This document shows, piece by piece, positions 21,901 to 34,313 of a stretch of DNA of 64,000 nt (its first letter is position 1; each line of letters begins with the position of its first letter). This DNA is from Basidiobolus meristosporus CBS 931.73 (taxonomy: Eukaryota; Fungi; Basidiobolomycota), in NCBI GenBank assembly GCA_002104905.1, contig MCFE01000449.1, positions 1 through 64,000 on the forward strand, written 5' to 3'. The notes beneath the pieces are model-generated. The model did not search any database, was not told where the DNA came from, and saw nothing but the letters and a program-made list of their open reading frames with translations. Position numbers and translations under genes: made by a program.

Positions 21901-23737
21901 CTATGGCGAGGGGATGTTAGTCGATGAACCAATGACGCTACCAATGGTACCAACGTGTACCTGTATCAAAGACAATGGACTCTGTTTATAGCCTCGTACG
22001 GAAGTCGGGGGTTTTCTGGTGGCGTTATCAGAAAATTCACTTCCTTGGGTCATGGCAGGTTCAGCCGTGAGTGGTGCATCATCCAAGAACTTTGGTGTAT
22101 CGTGACCTCTTCCATGGCCCTGCCCGTTACAGTTGGCGTACCTGGATCCGTTTCCTTTGATTTTCGTGGCCTCCAATCCATCATGCCGCTCCTGATGGCT
22201 GCCATGGATCGCTAGCATGGACTGCTTTGTCTCTAGTATATTTTCTTGGCGGTACTCTCTATTCATTTTCAAATATCCAGCAACCTTTTTGTTGTACAAC
22301 AGTTGTTGCTTGCTGCTCTCGTCTCCAAACACTTGACGGTCTTCCATGATGTGCGCGACCTGCTGGACCCGTTCCTTGTCCGATCTCCCCTCTCTGCCAA
22401 TGGTACCTTTCTCCATGTGTGGCGAGGCCGGCTTCGACATCACCGCATGAAGTGTCTTGTTCGACTCTCTTAAGGCATGTTCTAAGGATCTACAGCGGTC
22501 TTTGAACCGCGTCAGCTCCGCTTTGACCTGCCCCAGGTCCTGTAGCGAAGAGGATTCCTACAGAGTTGAGCCTGATTATTCACCATGAAATCTCGGGCCA
22601 GTATCAGCGGAGAACTTACTGAGGTCACATGCTTGTGGCCGTATAATTCATTGGTAATGTCCTGTAGCACGGAGGCCAACTCCGTAACCTCGAACCCAGC
22701 GTCAGTGAGGCTGTTGAGCTCAGTCTGCATTTGGCTGATATTAGATCCAACGATACCAACTATCTACGCACATAGGCTTACTTTAAGTCGGCTCTTCCAT
22801 GCTTCCAATCTGGCCGGGGACGCACTGCCAGGGATAGGCGACTTGCTCTACCCATGGTTAAGTACTACGGTCGGGTAGCAGCATGATGAGCCCACTTACC
22901 GTTGTGTCTTTGATGCTACGTTGATTTAGCCTTAAGGAGCATGGTTTAGACCTTGGCCCAACAACAGGAAACAACGATGCATACCTAGGTGTACAAGGGG
23001 ATTTCTCAGCAGGGGGAGCCACATCTCTCGAATGCACGAGAGATTCCCTCAAGATCGAGACTCTGCAGGACACCTTTTTGAATTCTAATCCAGGAGTTAA
23101 TTCGGGTTCACCCAGGGATCACTTACTAGCCAGATCCTACCCGATTGCTCCGTTTCCAGGATATCGATCCCGAATTCCAGGAGATCGCCGTTTCTCAATT
23201 CGTGTGGTTGGCTTTCGACCCCTTCGGGGCTCAACCGACGTTCATTGAGATAGGTCCCGTTGCTGGACTTGAGATCCTTCACGTACACCTAAAACCCTCC
23301 TAGTTAACCTCCCGTCCCTATACAATGCAACTGAGGGGAAAAACCTGTCCATTCTCGGACCAGACTTCCGCATGTGTCCTTGACAACACCTTGCTGTCGA
23401 AGTAGCCGTTCTTCGGATCGGGACTGGTTTTGGGTGACACCTGACGGCCGATCTTGATCCTATCGAACAGCTCGAATCTCTTGCTCTGGATTGGATTCCA
23501 CAAGGAGGTCAGCACCAGCGTGGGTGGCAACTCCCTCACGTCGTTCAAACTATAGGTTCGCATGCTTCTTCGAGACACTGCCCACGCAAACCGGTTCGTG
23601 GTGCAATGGTCAGTATGGGAAACCAGCCGCCCCAGGAAAAATTACCCAAACCTCCACTTACCCCTCTTCCTCGGCGCCACGTCGAACGAGTCCACATTCT
23701 TCTCTCCAAAGATTTTATAGATGGCGATGGTGGACAT
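21901..23737 (-). CDS. FHA-domain coiled-coil protein (SLMAP/Vps64-Far9-like), multi-exon; 3' end uncertain
   Basis: Spliced N-terminus MSTIAIYK...RKRV/SRRSMRTY... The FHA reads KIGRQVSPK..NGYFDSKVLSRTHAEVW/VYVKDLKSSNGTYLN..RLS..G..S.PHEL..GDLLEFGIDI/FKKVSCRV. It is followed by a coiled-coil exon DLGQVKAELTRFKDRCRSLEHAL. Confidence 0.8.
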
Positions 23738-24371
23738 GATGGGGTTTAGCTAGGTTGTTCAGTTGCGGTACGGTCGGTTGCAACGAGAGGGTAACTGGGA
23801 CGTCCGCTGGTGGGATTTTCGTGGAAAACCTTGGGGGCAACAGGTTTAAGGAGTGTTAGGTTGGTTAAAGAGGGTGGAGTTAGGGTTGAGTTAGGCCAGA
23901 AACTGAGGGCTTGACTTGCTCAGAGAACCAAGGTGGTGACCAAAAGGGAGCCTCTCGATTGTTTAATACTCAGACCCAAGGAGGGAAGTGGGAAAGCGGC
24001 TCACGCAAAACGTTTTGGATGTGATGGCAAGCGATCTGGTTGGAAGAATATACAGGAATGCATGAATTGAGGCAAGGGACTCGTGTTTGGACGATGCTAG
24101 GCAAGAGGTTGCATGAATCCAAATGAATTCCTCGAACAAACTGGTTCCCCATGGCTGTCTCATGATAGACATAGATGACGACCGGGGTAACGAGCCCAAC
24201 CATCTAAGACTACTCTTTTGACACACGCACCCACCAGTGACGTAACAGATCAGCTACATTGGAGAAGTTGGGTTTATTGTACTGGATATTGTACTGGAAG
24301 GATACTAATGAAATGCATGGGTTGGGTTATAATGTGGTATGTGGTAGATCGAGAGCTACAGGTGGGAAAAT

Positions 24372-24563
24372 CTACAAGTTGTTGACGTTACCAAGATGCT
24401 TGCAGGCCTCTTGGACACGCTTGATCATGGACTTTTCAGCCTCGCGGATGAACACACGGGGATCGTAGTACTTCTTGTTGGGCTTGTCGCTGCCATCGGG
24501 GTTACCGATCTGGGTTTGAAGGTATCCCTTCTTGGCCTCGTAGTAGTTCTTGAGACCATCCCA

Positions 24564-24599
<36 letters not shown>

Positions 24600-25448
24600 G
24601 ATCACTCCGAAGTTGACGGCGGTTTGGATTTCTTGCTCGGTGGATCCGGATCCTCCGTGGAAGACAAAGAAGACTGGCTTGGTGTTGTCGGTGCCAAGCT
24701 TCTCCTTGACGAATTCTTGGTGCTTGCCCAAGAGATCGGGTTGCAAGACAACGTTTCCTGGCTTGTAGACACCGTGGACGTTACCGAAGGCGGCGGCAAT
24801 GGTGAACAGGTCAGTGACGGTGCTGAAGTTGCTATACACATCCCAGATATCTTGGGGTTGGGTGTACAAAGCAGAGTTCTCAACGCCAGTGTTGTCGACA
24901 CCATCTTCCTCACCACCAGTGATACCGATCTCCATTTCCAAGAGACAGCCCATGGGAGCAAGGCGCTTGAGGTAGGACATGCAGATCTCAATGTTTTCCT
25001 CCTTGGATTCCTCGGAGAGATCCAACATGTGGGAGGAGAAAAGAGGTTCGCCGTGCTGCTTGAAGTAGGCTTCATCGGCCTCAACCATGCCATCGAACCA
25101 GGGGAGGAGCTTCTTGGCGCAGTGGTCGGAGTGGATGACAACTGGGATACCATACTCCTTGGCAACAGCACGGACATGGTGAGCACCGGCAATGGAGCCT
25201 AGGATGGAAGCCTTTTGGCCCTCGTTGCTCAATCCCTTACCGGCATAGTAAGCGGCACCACCATTGGAGAATTGGATAATGATGGGGCACTTGTTGTCAC
25301 GAGCAGCTTCAAGAGCAGCATTGACAGTGCTGGAGGAGGTACAGTTGATGGCAGGGATAGCGAATTTGTTGTCACGTGCGTAGGTGAAGAGTTTACGAAG
25401 GTTGTCACCAGTAACGACACCAGCGGGAACAATGTCAAGGATACCCAT
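24372..25448 (-). CDS. FBA1: Fructose-bisphosphate aldolase class II (358 aa, intronless)
   Basis: MGILDIVPAGVVTG start; HSDHCAKKLLPW, SSHMLDLSEE, EMEIGITGGEEDGV, FGNVHGVYKPGNV, FHGGSG, KMNVDTD, PNKKYYDPR. Confidence 0.98.
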
Positions 25449-26978
25449 GTTAAAAGAGATTAGAGAGAGAAGTTGCTTGAAGCTACGGTTGGATTGGAAA
25501 TTCGAGATCATTATATATACAGTGTCGAGTTGGATCCACCCCAACATATTTCAAGCCATATTACGAGCCCTGTAATATGAGAGTAATCCTTCTCTACATG
25601 CAGTTGGTGACGGAACCTAGCAAGAGCACCATGATACGTAATCAAATCAATCTAAGAATCAATGGTTTATTGGAACTGATGGCAAGCCAGGTAGTACAAT
25701 GTCAATAATGATAAATCACCAGCAACACATTGATGATTAACAGTTAGCTGGTCATTAATCGATTAATCTGGCATGAAAGCATTACCGAGGATTATTTCCC
25801 ACGAAGGGTAGCCCCATAGTTTGTCGACGTAGCCGGAACCATGGCAAAATGGTTAAATCCATGTCTACGGAAACCATGGTGGTGAAGTTGTAGACCACAT
25901 AGCATGACTCGACTGCACCTGCCGAGCAAGCATTTTGGGGCGATTTTGAAACCAATGATACAAGGCTGAAACCATTCTCTCTAAACGATGTAGAGATGAT
26001 ATTTGTCCTAAGATCTTTAACCCCAATCCGATGCCATGCATGCATAGAGTTGCACATGACGGTGGTTTCTTAGTACATCAGAAACAATCCATCATTTTCT
26101 GTCATCTTCCATGGATTGATGTCTGTTTAACTTACGACGGATTGAAGTTTATTTAACCAGATTTTTAGTTAAGTAGCTGACCTTTTCATATATATATATA
26201 TATATGTAATAGCACTGGCCCACTACTGTCCGATATTTCCCACCTATTCATTATTAACATTCGCCCTTCAGAGCATACGCATCCTTGGGGATAAGCTGCA
26301 TGACGGATTCTTTGGTCCATTTTACGGGCGGGCAAGTTCTCTGTGCGAGTTTGGTGAAGTGGTAGTCGCACGAAAATAGACTCATGATATTGAGGTACTA
26401 GCAATCTGAGTAACCCATTTACTAACCCTCGGTTTATCCACAAGGTATAAGTCACCTCCCTCGAGTAATGAGTATAATTCATGCAATAGTTTAACCTCGA
26501 AAAAAGACAAGACACTGGACGATTTAGGATAAATCATTGCCTGTGAGGCTAAGGCATGCTTCGGAGTTGGTGCGACTCTGGTGGGATTTCGATAAGATAA
26601 AGGAAATGAATGTCTACACACATGGAATTGCTGCCACTCGGAGTATCCACTCAAAGAAGAACTGACAGGATCCATATATATGAATCGCTTCTGTTACTTC
26701 ACCTCAATTTTGCCTAAATGGAGATTTCTTGTCTAGAGTCATCTTATTGATTAATTTAAAGGCGCCACTCAATCTACAGTCAAGGTCGAAAGTTTAATTT
26801 CGAAACGAACCAAGTGGTGATTTTTACACTGCCTATTTATATTGATCCTTTCTATTGTCGGTCAGACCGGATCACGGTCCCAAATTAGGCGAAGTTAACG
26901 AGAATCCCGATACTGTCAGTCAGATTTTTGTAATATATATATATATTAGACTTTTGTCACCGTGGAAACGCTCAAACA

Positions 26979-28618
26979 ATGGAAAAAGAACACAGTTGGG
27001 ATAAAGAAGCCGAGCGAAGGATAGTGAGAAAGTACGACATTCGTATTCTACCTCTCATTCTTATCCTCTACACTTTTTCGATTCTTGACCGTATAAACCT
27101 GGGTATCTTTTCACCTCCCATATTGCTCGTTGCCAAGCCCGGAAAATAACGCGACTTTCACAGGGAATGCCCGCTTATACAACCTAGAGGAGGATTTGAA
27201 CCTCAAGTCCGGAGAATTTGGGTGGTGTCTCTCCATATTCTTTTTCGGTAAGCCCCGAATCCTAGCTTTACTCTCCGCTGTTGAAATAATAACTCCTTGG
27301 AATGTAGGCTATATCATTTTCGAGATTCCCTCGAACAATTTCCTGAAGCGGGCCCGGCCTTCACGCTGGATTAGTAGAATCATGGTCAGCTGGGGCATCA
27401 TTTCCAGCTGTGGGGCCGCTGTGCACAACTTTGGTGGCTTAATGTCGGTCCGGTTCTTTTTGGGCATTGCTGAAGCGGGGTAAGGATTGGTGCGAAAGTT
27501 CACAACGTCCTGCAGTCCATTAACAGGTTCCTCCTTCCCTGACACCAGATTTTTCCCCGGTGTTATATATTACTTCTCTTTTTGGTACACGCGCAAAGAA
27601 CAAGCCACCAGAATCGGCTTCCTGTTCGCTATCTCTCTGCTAGCTAGTGGTTTTAGCGGGATCCTGGCCTATGCGATCAGCCATATGCACAACAACCTAG
27701 GACTCGCCGCCTGGCAGTGGATCTTCCTCATCGAAGGGATTCCTTCCATCGTTTTTGGTATTCTTACCTTGTAGGTATCCATTTCACTTCTAGGCCAAGT
27801 ACATCTCAATGCTCATCTACCGTCTTATATCAAGTTTCATCCTTCCGGATTTCCCCGAGACCGTTAGCTGGCTAACCGAGGAGGAAAGGGAAATCGCCAT
27901 CAAGCGCTTGGAAATGGAGGGGACCATCGCATCCGATACCAAGTTCGACCGCGGCCAATTCCTGGCCTCGTTCACAGATGTGAATGTCTTACTCTACCTC
28001 GTCCTCTACTTTACCGTGTTGACTCCATCTGTGACCCTGTCCATGCTTCTACCCACCATCATCTCTTCTCTGGGCTTCACCAACGTGACCGCACAGTTGC
28101 TGTCCACACCGCCCTACGTGGTCGCCTTTTTCAGCACCATCGCGATCACCCATCACTCGGATAAGATAATGCAGCGTGGCATCTATATCATGACCTGTGC
28201 CACCTGCTGCATCGTCGGATTCATCCTGTTGATCGTACTCAACGGGGCCTGGGTTCTGTACGGGTGTCTGGTGTTCATCGCCATCTGCTTGTACGTTTGC
28301 ATGCCACTTTGTTTCGCGTGGATCTCCAACAACGTGAGGGGCTCTACCAAGGTGGCCACCAGCACCGCCCTGGTGTCGGCGTTTGGTAACATCGGCGGGG
28401 CGGTTGGAGGGCAGTTTTTCCGAGCCGAAGAAGCACCACGATACCAATCGAGTCACATCATCTTCATCTGCCTGCTGGCGTTGACGGTGATCATCTCCTT
28501 CACTCTTCGCATACGATTCAAGCGGGAGAACGATCGGATCGCCCGGCGGGCCTCAGGCCTCTCGAAAGATCTGGAGAAGTCCGAGTACGGCCAGCTGATG
28601 CAAAAGATGGTGTTGTAG
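26979..28618 (+). CDS. MFS transporter, anion:cation symporter (allantoate/nicotinate permease, Dal5/Tna1-like) family, 5 exons
   Basis: ERRIVRKYDIRILP...LDRINLG/NARL, YIIFEIPSN, RFFLGIAEAG/FFPG..YY.SFWYTRKE, WQWIFLIEGIPS, LPDFPET..WLT.EER. Four short GT-AG introns splice in frame. Confidence 0.92.
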
Positions 28619-29034
28619 GTAGGGTGAACTCGTGTCAACCTGCACACCACACCATATTCCATCCTATCTCACCATACATCATAGCAACCATCATCACCAT
28701 CATCACCATCATTCTCATCATCATCATCAAGCATTAGTCACGACTCGAACCAGCATCTTCATCTCAATATTGTAGGAACATCTTTTCAATAGGATAAATT
28801 ACTTGTAATGATTTGCTTTGGACGTAGCATGATCTCGTAGACAAGTGGGGTATATCAGACATCAATTACGGGGGGGGGACATTAAACATTCGGGGATTAT
28901 GTCAAAACGGATTAAATTGAGGAAATTCAGTGATGCCGTTATTAGCCAAAACAAAGCGATGCGTGTTCAAATGATCAAGGCATGAATGGAGGGGGACGGG
29001 GACGGGGACAGGTCCGGAGATGAGGATAGGATGA

Positions 29035-30380
29035 TTAGTTGTCCGGAGGGCAATCAGGCTTGCGAATCTTGCCAAGGGAGATCTTGGAGACGTAGCCTTT
29101 GTCGTTGAGGTTCTTGACGAAGATCGCGTTCTCCAACTCCGTCTGACGCACCTTGTCCAGATCGTAGTTCATCATCTCACTGAAGCTGATGTTGATTCCT
29201 CTGGGTGGACGGAGCTTCAGGAGCTGGGTGGTGCGATCGTTGGATCTGGGGAGTCCCAAAAGGGCGGCATAGTCTGGTCGGTCACAGGCGGCGATCTTCT
29301 TCAATAAGTGCTTGTTCCTATGGTTGGGGGACTGGTTCTCCTTGTTATGGGGGAGGGTTCTCTTTCTTCTTCTCTGGGGGTTGTTGGGCACACTTGGGTT
29401 CTGGGTGACGATGGTGGAGCTGGGGCTTGTGGAGTATCGGTAGCAGAGACCGGCCGTGCTAAGAACGCTGCGTACTGTGACTTGGAATGGGGGTAGGTTG
29501 TCATTCGTCGTGGCCCTGCGACCGCCCACCCGGTTGACACCGCTGTAGCTATTGTAGATGGTGGGATGGGCGTTTTGCCAGTCCGACCAGATCTTGTCGA
29601 TGAAGGCGTGATGAAGGAAAAAGATGGGGCTAACGAGGAAGGAGGGTTAGTGCTTGGGTTCGATCGTCAGGCGTTTCGTGGGTGATGTACTTACTCACTA
29701 GGACTGGCCATGTACATGAAGTCCCCACCAATGTTGTTGTGCACAGTACCATGTGGCCCTGGCTCGATGTTGTTTCTCAGTTGATCAAAACTGGATGATG
29801 TTCGAATGTAGCTATTAATGGATTCGGGGGAGTAGAAAGCTGAGATCGTGTTCCCCGAGTCCCAGATGCGCTGAAGGCAGTGGCTGTTGGGAAGCGGAGA
29901 CCGCCAGTTGGCGAATGGACCCGTAACAAGGCAGTTGTCACTTTTCCTGCCGTTACCGCCAAACCATTTCCAGATGGGGCTGGTTTCTGGTGCCTGGGAG
30001 TCCAGAGTCCAATCCTGTTTAGCCCGCGTTAATTAGAGTAAACCACAACGCAGAGGTGAGAAGTCATCACTTACCCAATATGGCAATACCACATTCGGAT
30101 TGATCTGCTGGAGAGCCAGCTCGAAGTTCTTGATGTACTGGCGATGCCAAGGGAAGAAGGCAGGGGTAGAATGGGCGTAAGGGACGTAGTTCCAATGAAT
30201 TGCGACTATCTGGTCGTATCTGCCGCTCTTCTTGAGAGCCTGGACGGCGGAAATAAATGCGTTTCTTTCCGCAGTCGAGATTTGGCGAATCTCTTTGCGC
30301 GTCACAGTTCTCTGGCACTGAGCCGAGGTGCTACTGAAGGAAGCACACGCCAAAACCAGGGCGCAGACGATGAATCTCAT
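29035..30380 (-). CDS. Secreted tyrosinase / type-3 dicopper protein (406 aa, 3 exons)
   Basis: Exons 30380-30075, 30014-29695 and 29629-29035 (1221 nt). Signal peptide, RKEIRQ, CuA H...AHSTPAFFPWHR, LPYWDW, CuB PHGTVHNNIGG...DPIFFLHHAFID. TATATAAA lies about 65 nt upstream. Confidence 0.93.
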
Positions 30381-31340
30381 GCTAGAACAAATGAAAAGAA
30401 AAACGAAGCGGGATTGATGTTGAACCAACCCCCGGTCGGCCATGTTTATATAGACGACTGGTGCGAGTGACAAGCCGCTGCAGCAATAATATCGAGCAGG
30501 TTTGTTATGTTTGTAATTTTCCTGGAACGAAGAAATCATCATTAGCATTGACACTCTCCCGTACACCCCCACATGAGTAAATTCGGCAGCGACTACAGTC
30601 AAGATAGAGCAAATTAATTTGGAATTAGATGTAACCGGTTCTTGCATTATTGTTTGGTTTAAATGAGCAGTTTTGGCCGAAGCAGCGCTAAAAATAGAGT
30701 CACTTGGGAATATTAACCCTAATATGCCACCCATTATTGCCACTAAATCGTGCTCGTTTGTGGATGAAAGTTAGGAGATCTACCTACTCTGGCCAGAAAT
30801 CATTTGAAAGGTCGAATGGTGTTTGCAGGCGTACATTGTGCTGGTGTATATTAATTGGATACATTAGATGCCTTCCAGTCAACCCATAAATGGCTGAGTC
30901 AAGCAATTCATTGAATTTTCCCGATCTAGGCAACATTAAACAAGGCTCGCTACACATACGCAATATTGTTTGAATTGAATTTAGTCTGAGCGTGCTACGT
31001 GGCTATCTACCCAAGCTCATGTTATCAACCACTGTGTGCCTTGGGAGGGATCGGTAGAACTCTCAATTATTCCCCGGATACCTTGGTTTGCTGTACGATC
31101 ATGCATTGGCCTTATGCTACGTCTGCTGGCGTATTCCAAAGCTCACCTGAAGATTGCGCACAATTGTCTCGTATTTCTAATCTGCTTAACATCCCGGCAA
31201 TTGGATTATCCTGCATGAGTTTTGTGGTGGTGACCAGTTTTCCATGAGACCAAGCAATCAACTGATGATTGTAGCAAGATTCTCCCTGAAAATAGATGGG
31301 ATTGAGTCAGGTTTATCTTGCTTCGAGTGCTGGATTATTT

Positions 31341-31396
31341 GATCATTCTGGTGACCATTCTGCCGACCATTCTGCCGACCATTCTGCCGACCATTC
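31341..31396. repeat. 12-bp tandem repeat (GACCATTCTGCC) between the divergent tyrosinase and peroxiredoxin genes
   Basis: Three perfect units from 31353, a partial fourth, and one degenerate unit at 31341. Confidence 0.9.
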
Positions 31397-31580
31397 AATC
31401 TATCCCCTGGTTTCCTCACCAGTAGGACGTTGATTTACATCATCCATTCATCAAGTTGCGGCTCCCTTCACGAGGATTGTTGAACAATCCTGATCACGGG
31501 TAAGACCAAAGAAACACCACCCACCCACCAGCCTTGTTTAAATACTCCCCTTGTTTACCAACAGCAGGCATAATTCACTC

Positions 31581-32120
31581 ATGTTGCGAAGCTTGCTACA
31601 CCCGATCTCTCGTCGTTACGCCACCGTCACCCCCTCTATCAAGGTGGGCCAGCAGATCCCTAATATCGCGTTGCAGGAGGCTGCTCCGTACAACGAAGTC
31701 AACGCCTTTGACGCACTAAAGCTTTACGAAAAAGCCCTCGTCCTGGGCTCGCCTGGCGCCTTCAACCCAATCGACTCCAGAGCTCAAATTCCAAGCTATC
31801 TGGATCACATGCATGATCTGGCCTCCTGCGGGGTGGACATGCTGGTCTTCGTATCGGTGAATGACGCGTTTGTGACCAAGGCCTGGGAGGAGTCCTTCAA
31901 TGTTGACAGCAGCAAGGTCAGATTCCTTGCCGACCCCAAAGGGGAATTTGTTAGGTCCATCGGGCTCCAAGAGCACTGCAGCCTCAACACCCAACCGTCG
32001 GCCAGAAGATTCGCCATGATCTTGGAAAGAGGGAAGGTGAAGCAACTCTTTGTAGAGCCTGAGAATGGGCTGAGCTGCAGCTATGCCCCCTCCATTGTTC
32101 ATCATCTCCACCACGGCTAG
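31581..32120 (+). CDS. Prx5/AHP1-type (type II) peroxiredoxin homolog lacking the peroxidatic Cys, with a probable mitochondrial presequence (179 aa)
   Basis: IKVGQQIP, PGAFNPIDS (canonical PGAFTPxCS), VSVNDAFV..AW, RFLADP.GEF, RRFAMI, GLSCSYAP. The N-terminus MLRSLLHPISRRYA is Arg/Ser-rich with no acidic residues. Confidence 0.9.
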   Translation: MLRSLLHPISRRYATVTPSIKVGQQIPNIALQEAAPYNEVNAFDALKLYEKALVLGSPGAFNPIDSRAQIPSYLDHMHDLASCGVDMLVFVSVNDAFVTKAWEESFNVDSSKVRFLADPKGEFVRSIGLQEHCSLNTQPSARRFAMILERGKVKQLFVEPENGLSCSYAPSIVHHLHHG

Positions 32121-33238
32121 ATCGATGGCAAGCCTACCACAGCACACCAAATACACCTGTGGCAATAAGTTGAGACTGACTATATGCAATGTATGCTGGT
32201 GATGACGAGATGACTATATGCTATGTACATTGGTTAAAATAAACAAGTTACGTTCGATGATGACTCAGCCCCTTTTACACGGACAGGCGCCATTCTCCAG
32301 ACATCACATGAGCCTTGGTTTCAGACCCAGATGCACACACCCTGGACCTCATCGCACGTGACATGGCGAGACCGTGAAAGCGTAATAAGTTCGAAGAAGA
32401 ACCAGGCGCTAGGGGCTTTCCGAAACGGTTAATTCTAACAAGGTTATCAATCCGTTTCCTTGATTGGCAAGCCACAGAGACAGGACTGCTTTAACAGGCA
32501 ATCTCTTGTTCTCGAGCACGGGTGGGTATACATGGAAATCAGTTCCAGATGAAAGGGCACTCGATTGAGGCTGCCGAGCGAGGCTGGTGGATCAGATATG
32601 GCTTTCGTGGAAGGTTCCATGTCGATAGAGTTTTCGCGAATATGTTCGAGTGGGTGGTGATCTGCTGTTGACCTGATCGACTGGCCCTTCTGGCCGATTG
32701 AAGTTGATCCGTATCCGAAGGCGGACAATGCAAACATTCCTGGAACAAGTCTGCACATATCAAGACTCCCAGTCCCTATCATCAATAGGGAATACAATCT
32801 ACTCAAACATTTCTATTTGCAACGATATCCCGGCTCACGTATTCCCCTAATCCACTGTGGCATTGTGTGGTGTAACAAAATGGCTGTGAACTGTTTAGCG
32901 CAACTAACGATACCCTGTAGCACGAATGTATATTTCGGGATGGATTGACTCCGAGAAAGTCCAGAATCAGGTTATTTCGGAGATGAATGGGATGCCATAC
33001 AGTGTTCGAGGGGTGTACCAACTTTCGTGGCAGGTGACATCTGGTAGATGAACAAAAAGGTGTCTACATGTGAGAGGATGAGGTAATGCAGTAAAGCGTA
33101 CGAACAGTAACAAGTCAGGAATAGTTCACAATCGAAGATATACATAGAGAATTTAGGAGGGGTTGGGGTAACTCGGTCGTACGTGGCTGCCTCAAGAGGC
33201 GCTCAGCTGGACCTTTCGTAAGGGGAAACTTGGTATTT

Positions 33239-34313
33239 TCATGATGACGTCTTAGCGGCCATTCTGCACTCCGGGAGATGCTCGCCCCTGTACTTGATGA
33301 TATACGCTCCATCTCCCTGGCTGCTAACGGTCTTATTTACAGAGCAACCTTTATGCCAGTTGGCACATTTGTAGTAGGTGGACCTACAGAGAAACGTCGA
33401 TTAAGTACGATGGGTTTGTTGGGATCGTGGGAGAGTTGGGGATTTACCTTAGACCTGTCTTCTTCTGGATGGTGTTTCCGTTGTTTAGCCAGACGTAGTT
33501 GTCCAGGTAGGGGAATTCCTTGGTCTCCACTATCATGGAGATCGGAAGCATCGCCTTGCGGTTTCTCTTTTTCTTGTCTGGTTTGGAGTGGGGAAACTGG
33601 CTGGCATTCGAGTTGGGTGCCAGGGGGGTAGCGCTGTTGTGGATGGAATCTAGCGAATTCGAAACTGGAATCAACCCTGGAATGGCGGGTGCGGCAATCG
33701 AGGTGGGGGAGATTAGGTTGGGGAATCCAGGTATAGTAGGTGAGGAATCGGTACTGGGATGAGATAAAAATGAATCATTTTCAAGGGCGCTGAAGAGGGT
33801 TGGCGGGGATGCAGTGTCACTACTGGAGAAATATAAATACACATGCAACGATCGGGTATCTTCGAAACGGGAGCCTTACCTGTCGTTGGAGGTCATTGCA
33901 CTACTGAAGTTCGCGTAGTCCGGGAAGTCAGAGAAGTCCGGGCCTTGGGGGAATTCTGCTACGGCGAATGGGTCAGGCTCAATTCGGAGCCGAGTGTTTT
34001 TCCCCATGTCAAGGAGTTCCGGGAATAGTTCATCTCTGCCTCTCTTTGTCCCAGGCTCGGGCCATAAACACATCGATGGATTGCTTTGCTCATACATCAT
34101 CAGGTCCAGTTGCATGGAGCGAAGCCTGGTCTCTTCGGTTTTCCGTTTATCCTCTTGTAACTTAGATTGAAGGATCAGCTTGAGTAGTTCGGGCTGGTTA
34201 GAATAGTGGGAAAGTAGATCAACGAGCTCAAAGCGAGGGCCAGGTGGGGAAAATTCGGGAAGTGAATGAGCTCTCTCTGACTTGTGGAAAAAGGGAGGAT
34301 TGTTACCGGTCAT
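33239..34313 (-). CDS. WRKY-like zinc-finger transcription factor of the fungal WxNNGNT type (317 aa, 3 exons)
   Basis: Exons 34313-33880, 33822-33448 and 33383-33239 (954 nt, GT-AG). The spliced C-terminus reads DNYVWLNNGNTIQKKTGLRSTYYKCANWHKGCSVNKTVSSQGDGAYIIKYRGEHLPEC. Confidence 0.85.

Noticed and set aside
23850-23900. TTAGGG-like words (also CCCTAA in the hairpin spacers)
   Set aside because: Single or degenerate units only, with no telomeric array.
24396-25202. 268-aa plus-strand ORF (and 24602-25192 on the minus strand) overlapping FBA1
   Set aside because: These are antisense or alternative-frame shadows caused by the strong codon bias of a highly expressed gene, with no recognisable motifs.
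26188-26950. (TA)n tracts at ~26190 and ~26932, (CCCATT)n at ~18720 and (CAT)n at ~28690
   Set aside because: Ordinary microsatellites in intergenic, intronic or UTR positions.
16288-32120. Apparent stress cluster (Yap-like bZIP, MAG1, tyrosinase, peroxiredoxin)
   Set aside because: The genes are interspersed with unrelated housekeeping genes, I saw no shared motif, and synteny cannot be tested here.
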